Source of the DNA: an uncultured Planctomycetia bacterium
GTDB lineage: Bacteria > Omnitrophota > Gorgyraeia > 2-02-FULL-51-18
DNA: 64,000 nt
Assembly: GCA_964402785.1 (NCBI GenBank)
Contig: CAYODQ010000002.1
Coordinates: 5,763-69,762, forward strand
Direction of reading: 5' to 3'
The first letter of the stretch is position 1, and each line of letters starts with the position of its first letter. Position numbers and translations under genes: made by a program. Of the stretch, positions 49,352-59,038 are shown in pieces. The notes beneath the pieces were generated by a model. That model saw only the letters and a list, made by a program, of their open reading frames with translations, was not told the origin of the DNA and searched no databases.

Positions 49352-50472
49352 CTCTCTTTTATTTGTTTTTGGTACGATTTATAATTCCGCATCGTTTCCT
49401 GCAGACTATCGCCGCCAAATTTTTCAAGAAAAGCATTGGCCAATTCAAACGCCACCATCGCTTCGCCCACGACACCGCATGCCGGCACGGCCGTGACATC
49501 CGAGCGCTCAATGGTCGCCACTTCTTTTTTCTTGGATTCGATATTCACCGATTGAAGCGGGCTCATCAGAGTGGCATAAGGCTTGGTACCTGCGCGCAGC
49601 ACAAGATCTTCTCCATTGGTCATCCCACCCTCAAAGCCGCCCGCGCGGTTGGTTTTGCGGTAATATCCTTTTTTCTTATCGTAGAAGATCTCATCATGCA
49701 CAAACTTACCCAGATCCTTGGAAACACCAAAGCCCATCCCGATCTCGACACCTTTGATCGCCTGGATCGACATAAGCGCGGCGCACAACTTAGCCGTGAG
49801 CCTTCGGTCATAATGCACATAACTACCCAATCCCATCGGAACGCCCGTCACCACGACTTCAAAGATACCGCCGATCGTGTCTTTGGATGTTTTGGCTTCG
49901 TCTACGCGCGCCATCATCTTTTTTTCAGCTGCCTTATCCGCGCAATGCATGGGTGAGTGCAGCGCATGCTTCTTGATCTCAGAAAAACTCATCCCCTCTG
50001 TATTCGCGTTGACGCCACCGATAGAGACGACGTGGCTTACGATCTCAACACCAAATTCCGCCAAAAAAGCGCGGCACACAGCTCCCACAGCCACGCGCGC
50101 CGTGGTTTCACGCGCACTCGCGCGCTCGAGAATATCCCGCACATCCTGACGGCCATATTTAAGAGCACCGACAAGATCCGCATGCCCCGGACGCGGACGC
50201 TTCACGATCGGAAGCTCATTGATCTTAAAATCCCGGTTGGGAACAAATAACGCGATGGGGCCGCCGATAGACCTCTTGCTCCGCACGCCGGACATGATCT
50301 CAACATGATCCTTTTCGATCGTCATACGCCCGCCGCGGCCATAGCCTTCTTGACGTCGCGACAGATCAGCGTTGATGTCAGCCTCGTCCACTTTAAGTCC
50401 AGCGACCATCCCTTCAAGGATGGCGATCAAACATTTGCCGTGTGACTCCCCGCTTGTCAAAAATCGAAGCAT
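49348..50472 (-). CDS. aroC: chorismate synthase
   Basis: MLRFLTSGESHGKCLIAILEGMVAGL N-terminus is typical of AroC. 374 aa. Confidence 0.9.
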   Translation of the reverse strand: MLRFLTSGESHGKCLIAILEGMVAGLKVDEADINADLSRRQEGYGRGGRMTIEKDHVEIMSGVRSKRSIGGPIALFVPNRDFKINELPIVKRPRPGHADLVGALKYGRQDVRDILERASARETTARVAVGAVCRAFLAEFGVEIVSHVVSIGGVNANTEGMSFSEIKKHALHSPMHCADKAAEKKMMARVDEAKTSKDTIGGIFEVVVTGVPMGLGSYVHYDRRLTAKLCAALMSIQAIKGVEIGMGFGVSKDLGKFVHDEIFYDKKKGYYRKTNRAGGFEGGMTNGEDLVLRAGTKPYATLMSPLQSVNIESKKKEVATIERSDVTAVPACGVVGEAMVAFELANAFLEKFGGDSLQETMRNYKSYQKQIKES

Positions 50473-50484
50473 CGTCTCCCCCTC

Positions 50485-51267
50485 TTAAATTCCCTGTAAA
50501 TAATGGATATACCAAGTTGCAATTTGTTGTCCAAAAAAAATAAAGATCACAGCGCCCGCCGCCAAATAAGGCCCAAAAGGGATCAGCTCATCTCCCTTTT
50601 TTATACGCAAATAAACCCCGATCACGGAACCGATCAGCGATGACAAAAAGATCGTCCACAAAACACCCTGCCACCCGATGACCGCACCGATCCCTGCCAA
50701 AAGCTTCACATCCCCGCCGCCCATGGCTTCTTTTTTAAGAACCCATTCGGCAATCGTGCCCGCCGCGTATAAAAAACCGCCGCCCAACAACATCCCAGCA
50801 AAAGACAACAAAAATCCCATCCAATGGCTATCAACCCCGTGTATACCTGGAAATACGGCGGACGCGACGAGTCCGATCACGATCGTCGATAACGTGATCT
50901 CATCGGGAATGATCCGATAACGAAAATCAATGATGCTTTGTGCCAAAAGCCCCAGCGTCAGATACAAATACAGAAAACCTTTGGGCGTGGGCCCAAAAAC
51001 AACATAAAATATGACAAAAATAACGCCCGTGATCGCTTCTATAAAAGGATATTGCCAAGAGATCTTGGCTTTGCAATGCCGGCACTTGGCACCCAAGATC
51101 AAAAAACTCAGGATTGGTAAATTATCGTACCAAGCGATCGCTTTTTGGCAGCCAAAACAATGAGAGCCCGGAAAAACAATAGACTCTTCTTTGGGCATCC
51201 GAAGAATACAAACATTCAAAAAGCTTCCGATCATGCTCCCAAAAATAAATGCTATGACGTGAGGCAA
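50485..51267 (-). CDS. pilD: prepilin peptidase (A24 family) with N-terminal Cys-rich Zn domain
   Basis: Polytopic membrane protein. CFGCQKAIAWYDNLPI...CRHCKAKI tetra-Cys motif, plus conserved Asp-containing regions. Confidence 0.8.
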   Translation of the reverse strand: MPHVIAFIFGSMIGSFLNVCILRMPKEESIVFPGSHCFGCQKAIAWYDNLPILSFLILGAKCRHCKAKISWQYPFIEAITGVIFVIFYVVFGPTPKGFLYLYLTLGLLAQSIIDFRYRIIPDEITLSTIVIGLVASAVFPGIHGVDSHWMGFLLSFAGMLLGGGFLYAAGTIAEWVLKKEAMGGGDVKLLAGIGAVIGWQGVLWTIFLSSLIGSVIGVYLRIKKGDELIPFGPYLAAGAVIFIFFGQQIATWYIHYLQGI

Positions 51268-52151
51268 TTTAATAGCTCCTTATGCATGATCTCTCTGACA
51301 GCATCATTTCGGCCCGTCCATAATTCAAATGAAAGAGCGGCCTGATTCGCAAGCATGCCCAACCCATTTGCGCATGGAATACCCAGCTTTTTGGCTTCTT
51401 TAAGCCAAACAGTCTCTCTGGGAGTATACACAAGATCATACGCAGCTTTCGGCTGATGAAGATTTTTTAATTCCATTGGAGAGTGTTGGGATTTCATGCC
51501 CACGGACGTGGCATTCAAGACCAGATCAAAACGCTCGCGAGACACATCCTCCGCAGATGCTGCGCTGATCTCGGTTTCTGGAAAATAGGTTTGCGCATAT
51601 TCGGCCAGGCCTTCCGCTCGCTCCGCAGTGCGGTTGTGAATACGAACAATATCCGCATTGGCACGTGCGAGCGCAAATAAAGCGCCGCGCGCCGCGCCCC
51701 CCGCTCCCAAGATCAAAATGGATTTGCCATCGGGATTAAAATTAAGCTCTTCTTTGAGTGCGCGAAGAAGTCCAGGCCCATCCGTGTTGAATCCCAAAAG
51801 CTGGCCGTCTTTATTCACGACTGTGTTGATGGCACCCGTCGCTCTATCCAGATCCTCTGGTATCTCATCAATAAAATCGAGAGCAAGCTCTTTAAAAGGA
51901 ATAGTCAAATTGACGCCGCGAATACCCAGCGATCGGATCCCTTCAAATGCCAACGCAAGCGCATTGGGATCCACTTCAAACGCCATGTAAGCGCAATTCA
52001 TACCCAGTTGTTTGAAAGCGGCATTGTGTAGCTGCGGTGACAGAGATTGTCGGATGGGATTTCCCAACACTCCGTAGAGCTGCGTTTGACTGTCTATCGT
52101 CCTATCTTCATGTTTCAAAGAGACACCCTCCCCTTTTTCAAGCAAACCCAA
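51252..52151 (-). CDS. aroE: shikimate dehydrogenase
   Basis: LYGVLGNPIRQSLSP substrate motif and ILGAGGAARG NADP motif. The ORF track start (TTG) is probably an upstream over-extension. Confidence 0.8.
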   Translation of the reverse strand: MGLLEKGEGVSLKHEDRTIDSQTQLYGVLGNPIRQSLSPQLHNAAFKQLGMNCAYMAFEVDPNALALAFEGIRSLGIRGVNLTIPFKELALDFIDEIPEDLDRATGAINTVVNKDGQLLGFNTDGPGLLRALKEELNFNPDGKSILILGAGGAARGALFALARANADIVRIHNRTAERAEGLAEYAQTYFPETEISAASAEDVSRERFDLVLNATSVGMKSQHSPMELKNLHQPKAAYDLVYTPRETVWLKEAKKLGIPCANGLGMLANQAALSFELWTGRNDAVREIMHKELLNCLTS

Positions 52152-52193
52152 ACCACTTTTCCAGGGATCATGGGATCCCTGGAAAACGCCAAC

Positions 52194-53750
52194 TTAGACG
52201 CCGTGATCTGACTTGCTGTTCTTTGAAACTTGCGAGCGATAGACCAGTTTATTGAGTGCATCAAGGTAGGCCCTGACACTGGCTTCAATAACGTCCGTGC
52301 TCAATCCTTGTCCCAAGATGACTTGTCCGCTCGGGCCTTTGATCTTGACCGTGACTTCGCCTTGCGCGTCTTTGCCCACGGTTACCGAGCGAATTTGATA
52401 ATCGAGAAGCTTGGTTTTACACGAGACCATCTTATCGATCACCTTGTACGCGGCATCCACCGGGCCAGAGCCCGTGCCGGACGCAGACACTGCTTTGTGT
52501 TTGTCTTTTAAGCGGATTGAAACTTTTGGAGCTTTGCCGCTCTCGCTTAAAACAGACAAATGAAGCAGTTGGTACACCTTCGGTGTCGATGAGATCTCGC
52601 TGTCTACCAGCGCTATCAAGTCATCATCAAAAACTTCTTTTTTCTTATCAGCCAATGCTTTGAAATTGCCGAACACTCTATCGAGCTCTTTAGCATTGAG
52701 CGTAAAATTGAGTTTGGCTAAACGTGTCTCCAGCGCGTGACGCCCAGAGTGTTTGCCCAATACGATCTGCGTTTCACCAAAGCCCACATCTTCAGGCTTC
52801 ATGATCTCATATGTTTTTCGGTGCTTGAGCAGGCCGTCCTGATGGATGCCTGATTCGTGAGAAAATGCATTTTTGCCAACCACGGCTTTATTGGGCTGCA
52901 CCACCATGCCTGTGAGAGCACTCACCAGCCGGCTTGTCTTACAGATCTGATCTTTTTGGATGTCCGTATAAAGATCGCCAAATGCGTCCCGGCGCGTATC
53001 GAGTGCCATCACGATCTCTTCCATCGCAGCATTGCCGGCTCGCTCGCCGATCCCGTTCACCGTGCACTCGATCTGACGTGCGCCATTTTTGATCGCTGAC
53101 AATGAATTGGCCACTGCCAACCCAAGATCATTGTGACAATGCACACTGATGATCGCGCGATCCATGTTGGGCACATTGCGAAAAATACCTTCAATGAGCT
53201 TTCCAAACTCAAAGGGCGTGGTGTATCCCACGGTATCCGGGATATTCACAACCGTCGCACCCGCATCGATCACAGCTTCGACGACCTCGTATAAAAAGTC
53301 AGGCTCGGTGCGCGAAGCATCTTCCGGCGAAAACTCCACCTGAGCCACACGGTTCCGGGCATATTTGACCGACTCCGCTGCCAAGCGCACGATCTCTTCT
53401 TTGGCTTTGTTCAATTTATATTTGCGATGAATAGCGGAGGTTGCCAAAAAAACATGCAACCTTGCGTTCTTGGCGGGCTTGAGGCAATCCAAAGCCACAT
53501 CCATATCTTTTTGGACAGCACGAGCCAGCGCGCAAATAGTGGGTCCCTTGACGTCCTTGGCGATTTGTTTCACCGCCGCAGCATCACCGGGAGATGTGAT
53601 CGGAAAACCGGCTTCGATGATATCCACCTTGAGTGCGGCCAACTGACGGGCGATCTCCAACTTGGCCTTGGCATCCAAACTGGCGCCCGGCGATTGTTCG
53701 CCATCTCTCAATGTGGTGTCAAAAATAAATATCTTATTTGATTCGTTCAT
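52194..53750 (-). CDS. leuA: 2-isopropylmalate synthase
   Basis: IFIFDTTLRDGEQSPGASL aligns strongly with E. coli LeuA (VIIFDTTLRDGEQALQASL). 518 aa with the C-terminal LeuA regulatory domain. Downstream of ilvC. Confidence 0.85.
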   Translation of the reverse strand: MNESNKIFIFDTTLRDGEQSPGASLDAKAKLEIARQLAALKVDIIEAGFPITSPGDAAAVKQIAKDVKGPTICALARAVQKDMDVALDCLKPAKNARLHVFLATSAIHRKYKLNKAKEEIVRLAAESVKYARNRVAQVEFSPEDASRTEPDFLYEVVEAVIDAGATVVNIPDTVGYTTPFEFGKLIEGIFRNVPNMDRAIISVHCHNDLGLAVANSLSAIKNGARQIECTVNGIGERAGNAAMEEIVMALDTRRDAFGDLYTDIQKDQICKTSRLVSALTGMVVQPNKAVVGKNAFSHESGIHQDGLLKHRKTYEIMKPEDVGFGETQIVLGKHSGRHALETRLAKLNFTLNAKELDRVFGNFKALADKKKEVFDDDLIALVDSEISSTPKVYQLLHLSVLSESGKAPKVSIRLKDKHKAVSASGTGSGPVDAAYKVIDKMVSCKTKLLDYQIRSVTVGKDAQGEVTVKIKGPSGQVILGQGLSTDVIEASVRAYLDALNKLVYRSQVSKNSKSDHGV

Positions 53751-53796
53751 GGCTGTATCCTTCTAAATGTTTGCAAACGTGTTGGTTTAAAATCCA

Positions 53797-53895
53797 TCAT
53801 TCCATGGACCCAAGCTGGGTCAAAGCTCCGCTGCATCGCCTTTCGGCGAGTAGCTGCTTCATTTCTAGGATGAGGATCAACACGTGCTTTGTCAT
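53797..53895 (-). CDS. putative BCAA-rich leader peptide ORF between ilvC and leuA
   Basis: ATG 8 nt after the ilvC stop encodes MTKHVLILILEMKQLLAERRCSGALTQLGSME (33 aa), with six consecutive Val/Leu/Ile codons. Overlapped and followed by hairpins cgccgaaaggcg and gacccagcttgggtc. Confidence 0.3.
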   Translation of the reverse strand: MTKHVLILILEMKQLLAERRCSGALTQLGSME

Positions 53896-53905
53896 TTGAG
53901 CTTTT

Positions 53906-54892
53906 TTACAGCCACTTCATCATGCCGCGCAATTTTGCACCCACCACTTCGATGGAATGCTTGTCGTCTGCATGGCGTAATTTTTCGAATTTTTTCTTGC
54001 CGGCTTTATAGTCACCCAAAAATTCTTTGACGAATTTACCGGATTGGATCTCTTTTAATATTTTCTTCATTTCTTTACGTGTCTTGTCGTTTACAACACG
54101 AGGACCGCGAGTCAGATCACCGAACTCAGCCGTATCGGAGACGCGCTTTCTCATACCCTGAATACCCGTGGCATAGATCATGTCGGTGATGAGCTTGAGC
54201 TCATGCAAACACTCAAAATAAGCGATCTCTGGCTGATACCCGGCCTTGACCAGCGTATCAAACCCCGCCTTGACCAATGCTGCGGTGCCGCCGCAAAGAA
54301 CACTTTGCTCACCAAAAAGATCGGTCTCGGTCTCTTCTTTGAAGGTTGTCTCCAACACGCCCGCACGTGTGCCGCCTAAACCTTTGGCGTAAGACAGAGC
54401 CAATTTCTTAGCCTGTCCGGTACCATCCTGATAAACCGCGAACAAACATGGCACACCTTTACCTTCTTCATACAAACGGCGAACCAGGCTTCCGGGGCCC
54501 TTGGGAGCCACCATGAACACGTCCACGCCTTTGGGTGGGACGATCTGTTTAAAGTGAATATTAAATCCATGTGAGAAAGCCAACGCCTTGCCTTTGGTCA
54601 AATACGGCGCAACGGATGTTTTGTAGATCTCGGCCTGAAGAGGATCTTGAGCTAAAATAATGATCACATCCGCACGACGCGCAGCTTCGGCTGCATCCAC
54701 AGGATCGAATCCGTCTTTTTTCGCCATGTCATAATTGGCTCCACCGGGCCTCTGAGATACGATCACTTTGACACCGCTGTCACGCAAATTGAGCGCCTGC
54801 CCGCGGCCCTGGATACCGTACCCGATCACGGCTACAGTTTTATTCTTGATGATATTCAGATCTGCGTCTTTGTCGTAATAAATTTTTGCCAT
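53906..54892 (-). CDS. ilvC: ketol-acid reductoisomerase (class I)
   Basis: 328 aa. [21 protein letters not shown] Rossmann motif. Confidence 0.95.
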   Translation of the reverse strand: MAKIYYDKDADLNIIKNKTVAVIGYGIQGRGQALNLRDSGVKVIVSQRPGGANYDMAKKDGFDPVDAAEAARRADVIIILAQDPLQAEIYKTSVAPYLTKGKALAFSHGFNIHFKQIVPPKGVDVFMVAPKGPGSLVRRLYEEGKGVPCLFAVYQDGTGQAKKLALSYAKGLGGTRAGVLETTFKEETETDLFGEQSVLCGGTAALVKAGFDTLVKAGYQPEIAYFECLHELKLITDMIYATGIQGMRKRVSDTAEFGDLTRGPRVVNDKTRKEMKKILKEIQSGKFVKEFLGDYKAGKKKFEKLRHADDKHSIEVVGAKLRGMMKWL

Positions 54893-54903
54893 TTTAGACT
54901 CCT

Positions 54904-55407
54904 TTATTCTTTTTTAGAAAGTGCCACTGCGCCCGTTTGCGCGATCTCGTGAATACCCATCTGCGTCAAGATCCCGAAAAGCTTCTTGGTATTTTCCCGG
55001 GACTCCACACATTCCAAAGTGATAAATTTTGTCGTCTCTTCGATGATGCGGATACGAAACTGCTTCATCAATTCTTCGATCTTGTGTTTGGCTGGCGTTT
55101 GATTAACGATCTTAACCAGCATCAACTCGCGATCCACATACCCTTCTTCGCTCAGATCCTGAACCTTGATCACATCGATCAGCTTATTGAGCTGCTTTTT
55201 GACCTGCTCAAGCGTACGTTGATCACCCGCTGCCACCAACGTGATGCGCGACATAGTGGGATCTTCCGTCTCACCCACTGCCAACGAATCGATATTGAAA
55301 CCACGCGCCGAAAAAAGCCCCACGACATGCGACAAGACGCCGGCGCGATTCTCAACCAGCACAGAAATAATCCTGTGTTCTATAGGTGTTGCATCATGTA
55401 CCGCCAT
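54904..55407 (-). CDS. ilvN: acetolactate synthase small (regulatory) subunit
   Basis: 167 aa ACT-domain protein ([29 protein letters not shown]) directly downstream of ilvB. Confidence 0.9.
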   Translation of the reverse strand: MAVHDATPIEHRIISVLVENRAGVLSHVVGLFSARGFNIDSLAVGETEDPTMSRITLVAAGDQRTLEQVKKQLNKLIDVIKVQDLSEEGYVDRELMLVKIVNQTPAKHKIEELMKQFRIRIIEETTKFITLECVESRENTKKLFGILTQMGIHEIAQTGAVALSKKE

Positions 55408-55416
55408 AAATCTCCT

Positions 55417-57093
55417 TTAAGCCATATCCATGATTTCTTCGAAGGACTTGCCCGAAGGAATCATGGGATACACATTTTCTTCCTCACGCACAACAATATC
55501 CAGGATCACCGGACGGTCCGTTATAGTGAGAGACCATTTGATCGCTTCATCCAATTCAGCTTTTTTGGATACGCGCCGCCCTGCCCCACCGTACGCCTCG
55601 CTGAGCTTGACGAAATCGGGATTGCCGTTCATCACGGAGCTGGAATAGCGGTGATTGTAAAATGCCTCTTGCCACTGGCGCACCATACCCAAATGATTAT
55701 TATTGATGATCGCGATGATCACCGGGAGCTTGTTGACCACAGCGGTCGCAAGTTCCTGGATATTCATCTGAATAGAACCGTCACCCGTGATACAAAGAAC
55801 ACGCTTTTTGGGGAACGCGAACTTTGCGCCAATCGCGGCCGGAAAACCATAGCCCATGGTTCCCAGCCCGCCGCTGGTCAAAAATTGATTGGGCCCGCTA
55901 AAACGATAATACTGCGCTGCCCACATCTGGTGCTGACCCACGTCCGTCGATACGATCGCATCAGGACCCACGACCTCAGCCAAGCGCTGCACAGCATACT
56001 GAGGACGGATCTCAAGGCTGTCATCTTTGTACCGAAGAGGGCTCTCTTTTTTCCAGGCTTCGATATCGGCGAGCCATGCTTTGGTATCGGCAGGCTTGGC
56101 GATCTTATTGAGCTCTTGTAATACCTGCTTCACATCGCCCACGATCGGAACATCCACTTTCACATTCTTGGAAATAGCGGATGGATCCACATCGATGTGT
56201 ATGATCTTCGCTGTCGGAGCAAATTTTTTGAGGTCACCCGTGACGCGATCATCAAAACGCGCACCCACTGCGATCAAAAGATCGCTTTCATGCACCGCGC
56301 GATTGGCATACACCGTGCCATGCATACCCAACATCCCCATAAAAAGCGGATGAGTACCCGGCACACCGCCCAACCCCATCAAGGTGTTGGTGCAAGGCGC
56401 TTTGGTCTTCTCTACAAATTCGATAAGCTCTTTTGCGGCTCCGGCGATGATGACACCGCCGCCCGTATAAATAACCGGCTTTTTGGATTCTTGTATCAAA
56501 GTAGCCGCTTTTTTGATCTGCCCCGAGTGTGCCGGAAGCGGCGCTTTGAAGCCACGCACACTCACAGTTTCAGGATAATTAAACTCACCCTTCATCAAAC
56601 TCACGTCCGATGGAAAATCGATAAGCACGGGACCTGGACGGCCATGAGTCGCAATGTAAAAAGCTTCTTTTAAAATGCGCGGCACATCTTTGATATCTTT
56701 CACCAAATAATTATGCTTGGTGATAGGGCGAGTGATGCCTGTGACATCCGCCTCTTGAAATGCATCGTTTCCGATCAAAAATGATTTCACTTGGCCCGTC
56801 AAAACCACCAGCGGGATCGAATCCATGTAAGCATCTGCAATACCGGTAACGGTATTGGTGGCGCCCGGACCTGACGTCACCACCACCACGCCGCAACGGC
56901 CGGTTGAGCGAGCGTAACCCTCGGCCATGTGAACCGCGCCTTGTTCATGGCGCACAAGAACAACTTTAAATTTGGCATCATACAACGCATCAAAGATCGG
57001 CAAACAAGCGCCGCCCGGAAGCCCGAATACAAAATCCACGCCTTCTTTAGAGAAAGCTTCCACCACCATTTGTGCGCCGGTCATAACAGACAT
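55417..57093 (-). CDS. ilvB: acetolactate synthase large subunit
   Basis: 558 aa ThDP enzyme. GITGDGSIQMNIQEL ThDP-binding motif. Confidence 0.9.
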   Translation of the reverse strand: MSVMTGAQMVVEAFSKEGVDFVFGLPGGACLPIFDALYDAKFKVVLVRHEQGAVHMAEGYARSTGRCGVVVVTSGPGATNTVTGIADAYMDSIPLVVLTGQVKSFLIGNDAFQEADVTGITRPITKHNYLVKDIKDVPRILKEAFYIATHGRPGPVLIDFPSDVSLMKGEFNYPETVSVRGFKAPLPAHSGQIKKAATLIQESKKPVIYTGGGVIIAGAAKELIEFVEKTKAPCTNTLMGLGGVPGTHPLFMGMLGMHGTVYANRAVHESDLLIAVGARFDDRVTGDLKKFAPTAKIIHIDVDPSAISKNVKVDVPIVGDVKQVLQELNKIAKPADTKAWLADIEAWKKESPLRYKDDSLEIRPQYAVQRLAEVVGPDAIVSTDVGQHQMWAAQYYRFSGPNQFLTSGGLGTMGYGFPAAIGAKFAFPKKRVLCITGDGSIQMNIQELATAVVNKLPVIIAIINNNHLGMVRQWQEAFYNHRYSSSVMNGNPDFVKLSEAYGGAGRRVSKKAELDEAIKWSLTITDRPVILDIVVREEENVYPMIPSGKSFEEIMDMA

Positions 57094-57145
57094 AGTTCCC
57101 CCTCAAAAGTTGCTTATTTACGGTCAATCGCTGTCCAAATTAGTA

Positions 57146-57181
57146 AATTTCGTATTATATCACGAAACAAAGCGGTGGCAA
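57146..57181 (-). promoter_or_regulatory. sigma70-type promoter (with extended -10) for the ilvB-ilvN-ilvC-leuA operon
   Basis: Minus strand reads TTGCCA, a 16-nt spacer, then TGaTATAAT, about 50 nt upstream of the ilvB ATG, with a GAGGG RBS. Confidence 0.45.
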
Positions 57182-57206
57182 GAAACAAGATTTTGAGGCA
57201 AGAAAT

Positions 57207-58448
57207 CTATTTTAACCCTATACAAACCCTTGGGATGCGACTGTGCAAAGCGCAGACGATCTCATAAGGTATTGTTTGGGACAAAGAAGCAAGGTCTTCG
57301 GCTGAAACAGACCTTCCTTTCTGCGATCCAATAAGCGTCACAGCATCCCAACGTCTGATTTTTTTGTCCAACCCTATATCCACCAAGGTTTGATCCATGG
57401 TCACCCGGCCCGCAACCGGATATTTTTTTTCGCGTATCAGCACCTGCGCCTTATTTGAGAATGCAACTCTATAACCATGGCTATAGCCGATCGGGAGGAT
57501 GGCAATGCGCGTTTTCTTTTTGGCTTTGTACGTCGATCCGTAGCTCACAGCGCGCCCCGCAGGCACTTCCTTGAGAAAAGAAATGCGAGCATACAAGCTT
57601 AAAACCGGCTTGAGGGATATTGGTAATTTTTTATTTTTCCACGGATTGAGGCCATACAACGCAATCCCCGGCCTCACGCAATTTTCATGTGCATCTGGAA
57701 ACCTGATCAAACCCAGGCTATTGGAAGTGTGGATATATCTTGGGCTGAACCCCGTATCTCTGACCTTTTCAAGGCACTTGCGAAATAATTTAAGCTGGTC
57801 ACGTGTGGCTCTGCCAACAATCTCGTCTGTATTGGCAAAATGAGTGTACAGCCCGTCCACCCGGATCTTTCCCCCTTTTCGGATGCGCGCTAAAAGCGGA
57901 TCCAATTCTTCATGCCACACACCCAAGCGGCCCATTCCTGTGTCCACTTTTAAATGAATGGGAAATGATGCATTTTCCGGCAAAAATCTTTCAAGCGCCT
58001 CCACATCTTCCTCGCAAGAAACCGTGGGCCTTATTTCCCACTCAACATATGAAGGCACCTGATTCGGATGAAAGCTCCCCAAAACAAGGATCTGCGCTCG
58101 CGGACAAATACGACGAAGCTCGGAGGCCTCCACCCAGTTGGCCACGCCAAAAAAACGCACACCCTCTTGATACAAAGTCCCGGCCACAGCTTTCATGCCA
58201 TGACCATACGCATCCGCTTTCACTATGGCTAAAATCTCAGAGTTAGCGACACGCACATGCTTCCGGATCTGTTTCAAATTATGCCGCAATGCATTGAGAT
58301 CGATCTCGATCCACACAAGCGGCCCCAAATTGCTCTTGGTTCGGAGTTCAGAGTTCGGAGTTCGGAGGTCGTTTCTGGTGACTGGTGCCTGGCGCTCTGG
58401 TGCTCTAGTTTGTGGTCTCTTCATCATTTCTTGATCGTCACATTGCAA
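57207..58448 (-). CDS. alr: alanine racemase (true start probably ~58320; the longer ORF reads through the repeat region)
   Basis: AIVKADAYGHG PLP-lysine motif. LVWIEIDLNALRHNL aligns with the E. coli Alr N-terminus. The upstream 45 codons include RTPNSELRTKSN, which is encoded by tandem repeats. Confidence 0.85.
   Translation of the reverse strand: MQCDDQEMMKRPQTRAPERQAPVTRNDLRTPNSELRTKSNLGPLVWIEIDLNALRHNLKQIRKHVRVANSEILAIVKADAYGHGMKAVAGTLYQEGVRFFGVANWVEASELRRICPRAQILVLGSFHPNQVPSYVEWEIRPTVSCEEDVEALERFLPENASFPIHLKVDTGMGRLGVWHEELDPLLARIRKGGKIRVDGLYTHFANTDEIVGRATRDQLKLFRKCLEKVRDTGFSPRYIHTSNSLGLIRFPDAHENCVRPGIALYGLNPWKNKKLPISLKPVLSLYARISFLKEVPAGRAVSYGSTYKAKKKTRIAILPIGYSHGYRVAFSNKAQVLIREKKYPVAGRVTMDQTLVDIGLDKKIRRWDAVTLIGSQKGRSVSAEDLASLSQTIPYEIVCALHSRIPRVCIGLK
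58338..58408. repeat. composite tandem-repeat module: GTTCGGA heptamers (x4) followed by TGGTGC-type repeats, between tsaB and alr
   Basis: ggttcggagttcagagttcggagttcggagg, tcgtttc, tggtgactggtgcctggcgctctggtgctctag. The same two repeat families form the hairpins at 2826-2906 and 29504-29596. Confidence 0.55.
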
Positions 58449-59038
58449 TCGCGCGGATGCAGATACTCAGGGTCTAATTTTGCCGGCGAGATAAATTTCC
58501 TGTTCCTCGCCAGCTCGCTGCCCGCCTCTGCGATCCATCGGGCCATAGGCTCGGCGCTTGTGATCACCCTGTATCCTCTTTTTTCAAATTTCTCGATGTC
58601 TGTCTGAGCGCGCAATGCGGGCTTGTCCGTTTCATGCACTCGCCCATGAACCAGTTCGTAAGCAGCGCCATAAACTTTTGCTTTGCGCGCATCCAGCAGA
58701 ACAGCCACTTTAGGATGCTCTTTTGACAACGACGATCTTGCGATCGCTTCCAAGCTCGATACACCCACAATCTTTTTGTTGAGAGCAAATGCCAACATTT
58801 TTGCAGTGACCACGGCCACTCGTATTCCTGTGAACGAGCCGGGCCCTAACCCTACAGCGATCACGTCTATATCCGCAATGCCTAGCTTTATCGATTTCAA
58901 CATTTTTTCAATAGCGGGTATCAGTGTGCTGGAATGTCTCTCCTGCGAGCTGTGATGGATCTCTTTGAGAATGGATCCGTTTACCCACACGGCCAAGCTG
59001 AGCACCTCGCTGGAAGTGTCAAAAGCCAATAGTTTCAC
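58424..59038 (-). CDS. tsaB: tRNA t6A37 biosynthesis protein TsaB (YeaZ)
   Basis: MKLLAFDTSSEVLSLAVW N-terminus. Adjacent to tsaE. Confidence 0.8.
   Translation of the reverse strand: MKLLAFDTSSEVLSLAVWVNGSILKEIHHSSQERHSSTLIPAIEKMLKSIKLGIADIDVIAVGLGPGSFTGIRVAVVTAKMLAFALNKKIVGVSSLEAIARSSLSKEHPKVAVLLDARKAKVYGAAYELVHGRVHETDKPALRAQTDIEKFEKRGYRVITSAEPMARWIAEAGSELARNRKFISPAKLDPEYLHPRDCNVTIKK

Noticed and set aside
54937-56121. 394-aa plus-strand ORF (also 2053..2613, 41004..41729, 42217..42939 and all other plus-strand ORFs in the track)
   Set aside because: Every plus-strand ORF lies antisense to a strongly conserved minus-strand gene (ilvN/ilvB, rpsA, lpxL-fusion, lpxK and so on). Their translations are low-complexity (His/Arg/Leu-rich) with no recognisable motifs. 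They are consistent with chance open frames in the GC-biased antisense strand.
57207-58448. N-terminal extensions of several ORF-track entries (alr to 58448, aroE to 52151, hpf to 25707, tsaE to 59592, serA to 22398, rseP to 16670, cmk to 4319)
   Set aside because: The track reports the longest ORFs including GTG/TTG starts. Alignment to conserved N-termini places the real starts downstream, and the extensions would create large overlaps with upstream genes.
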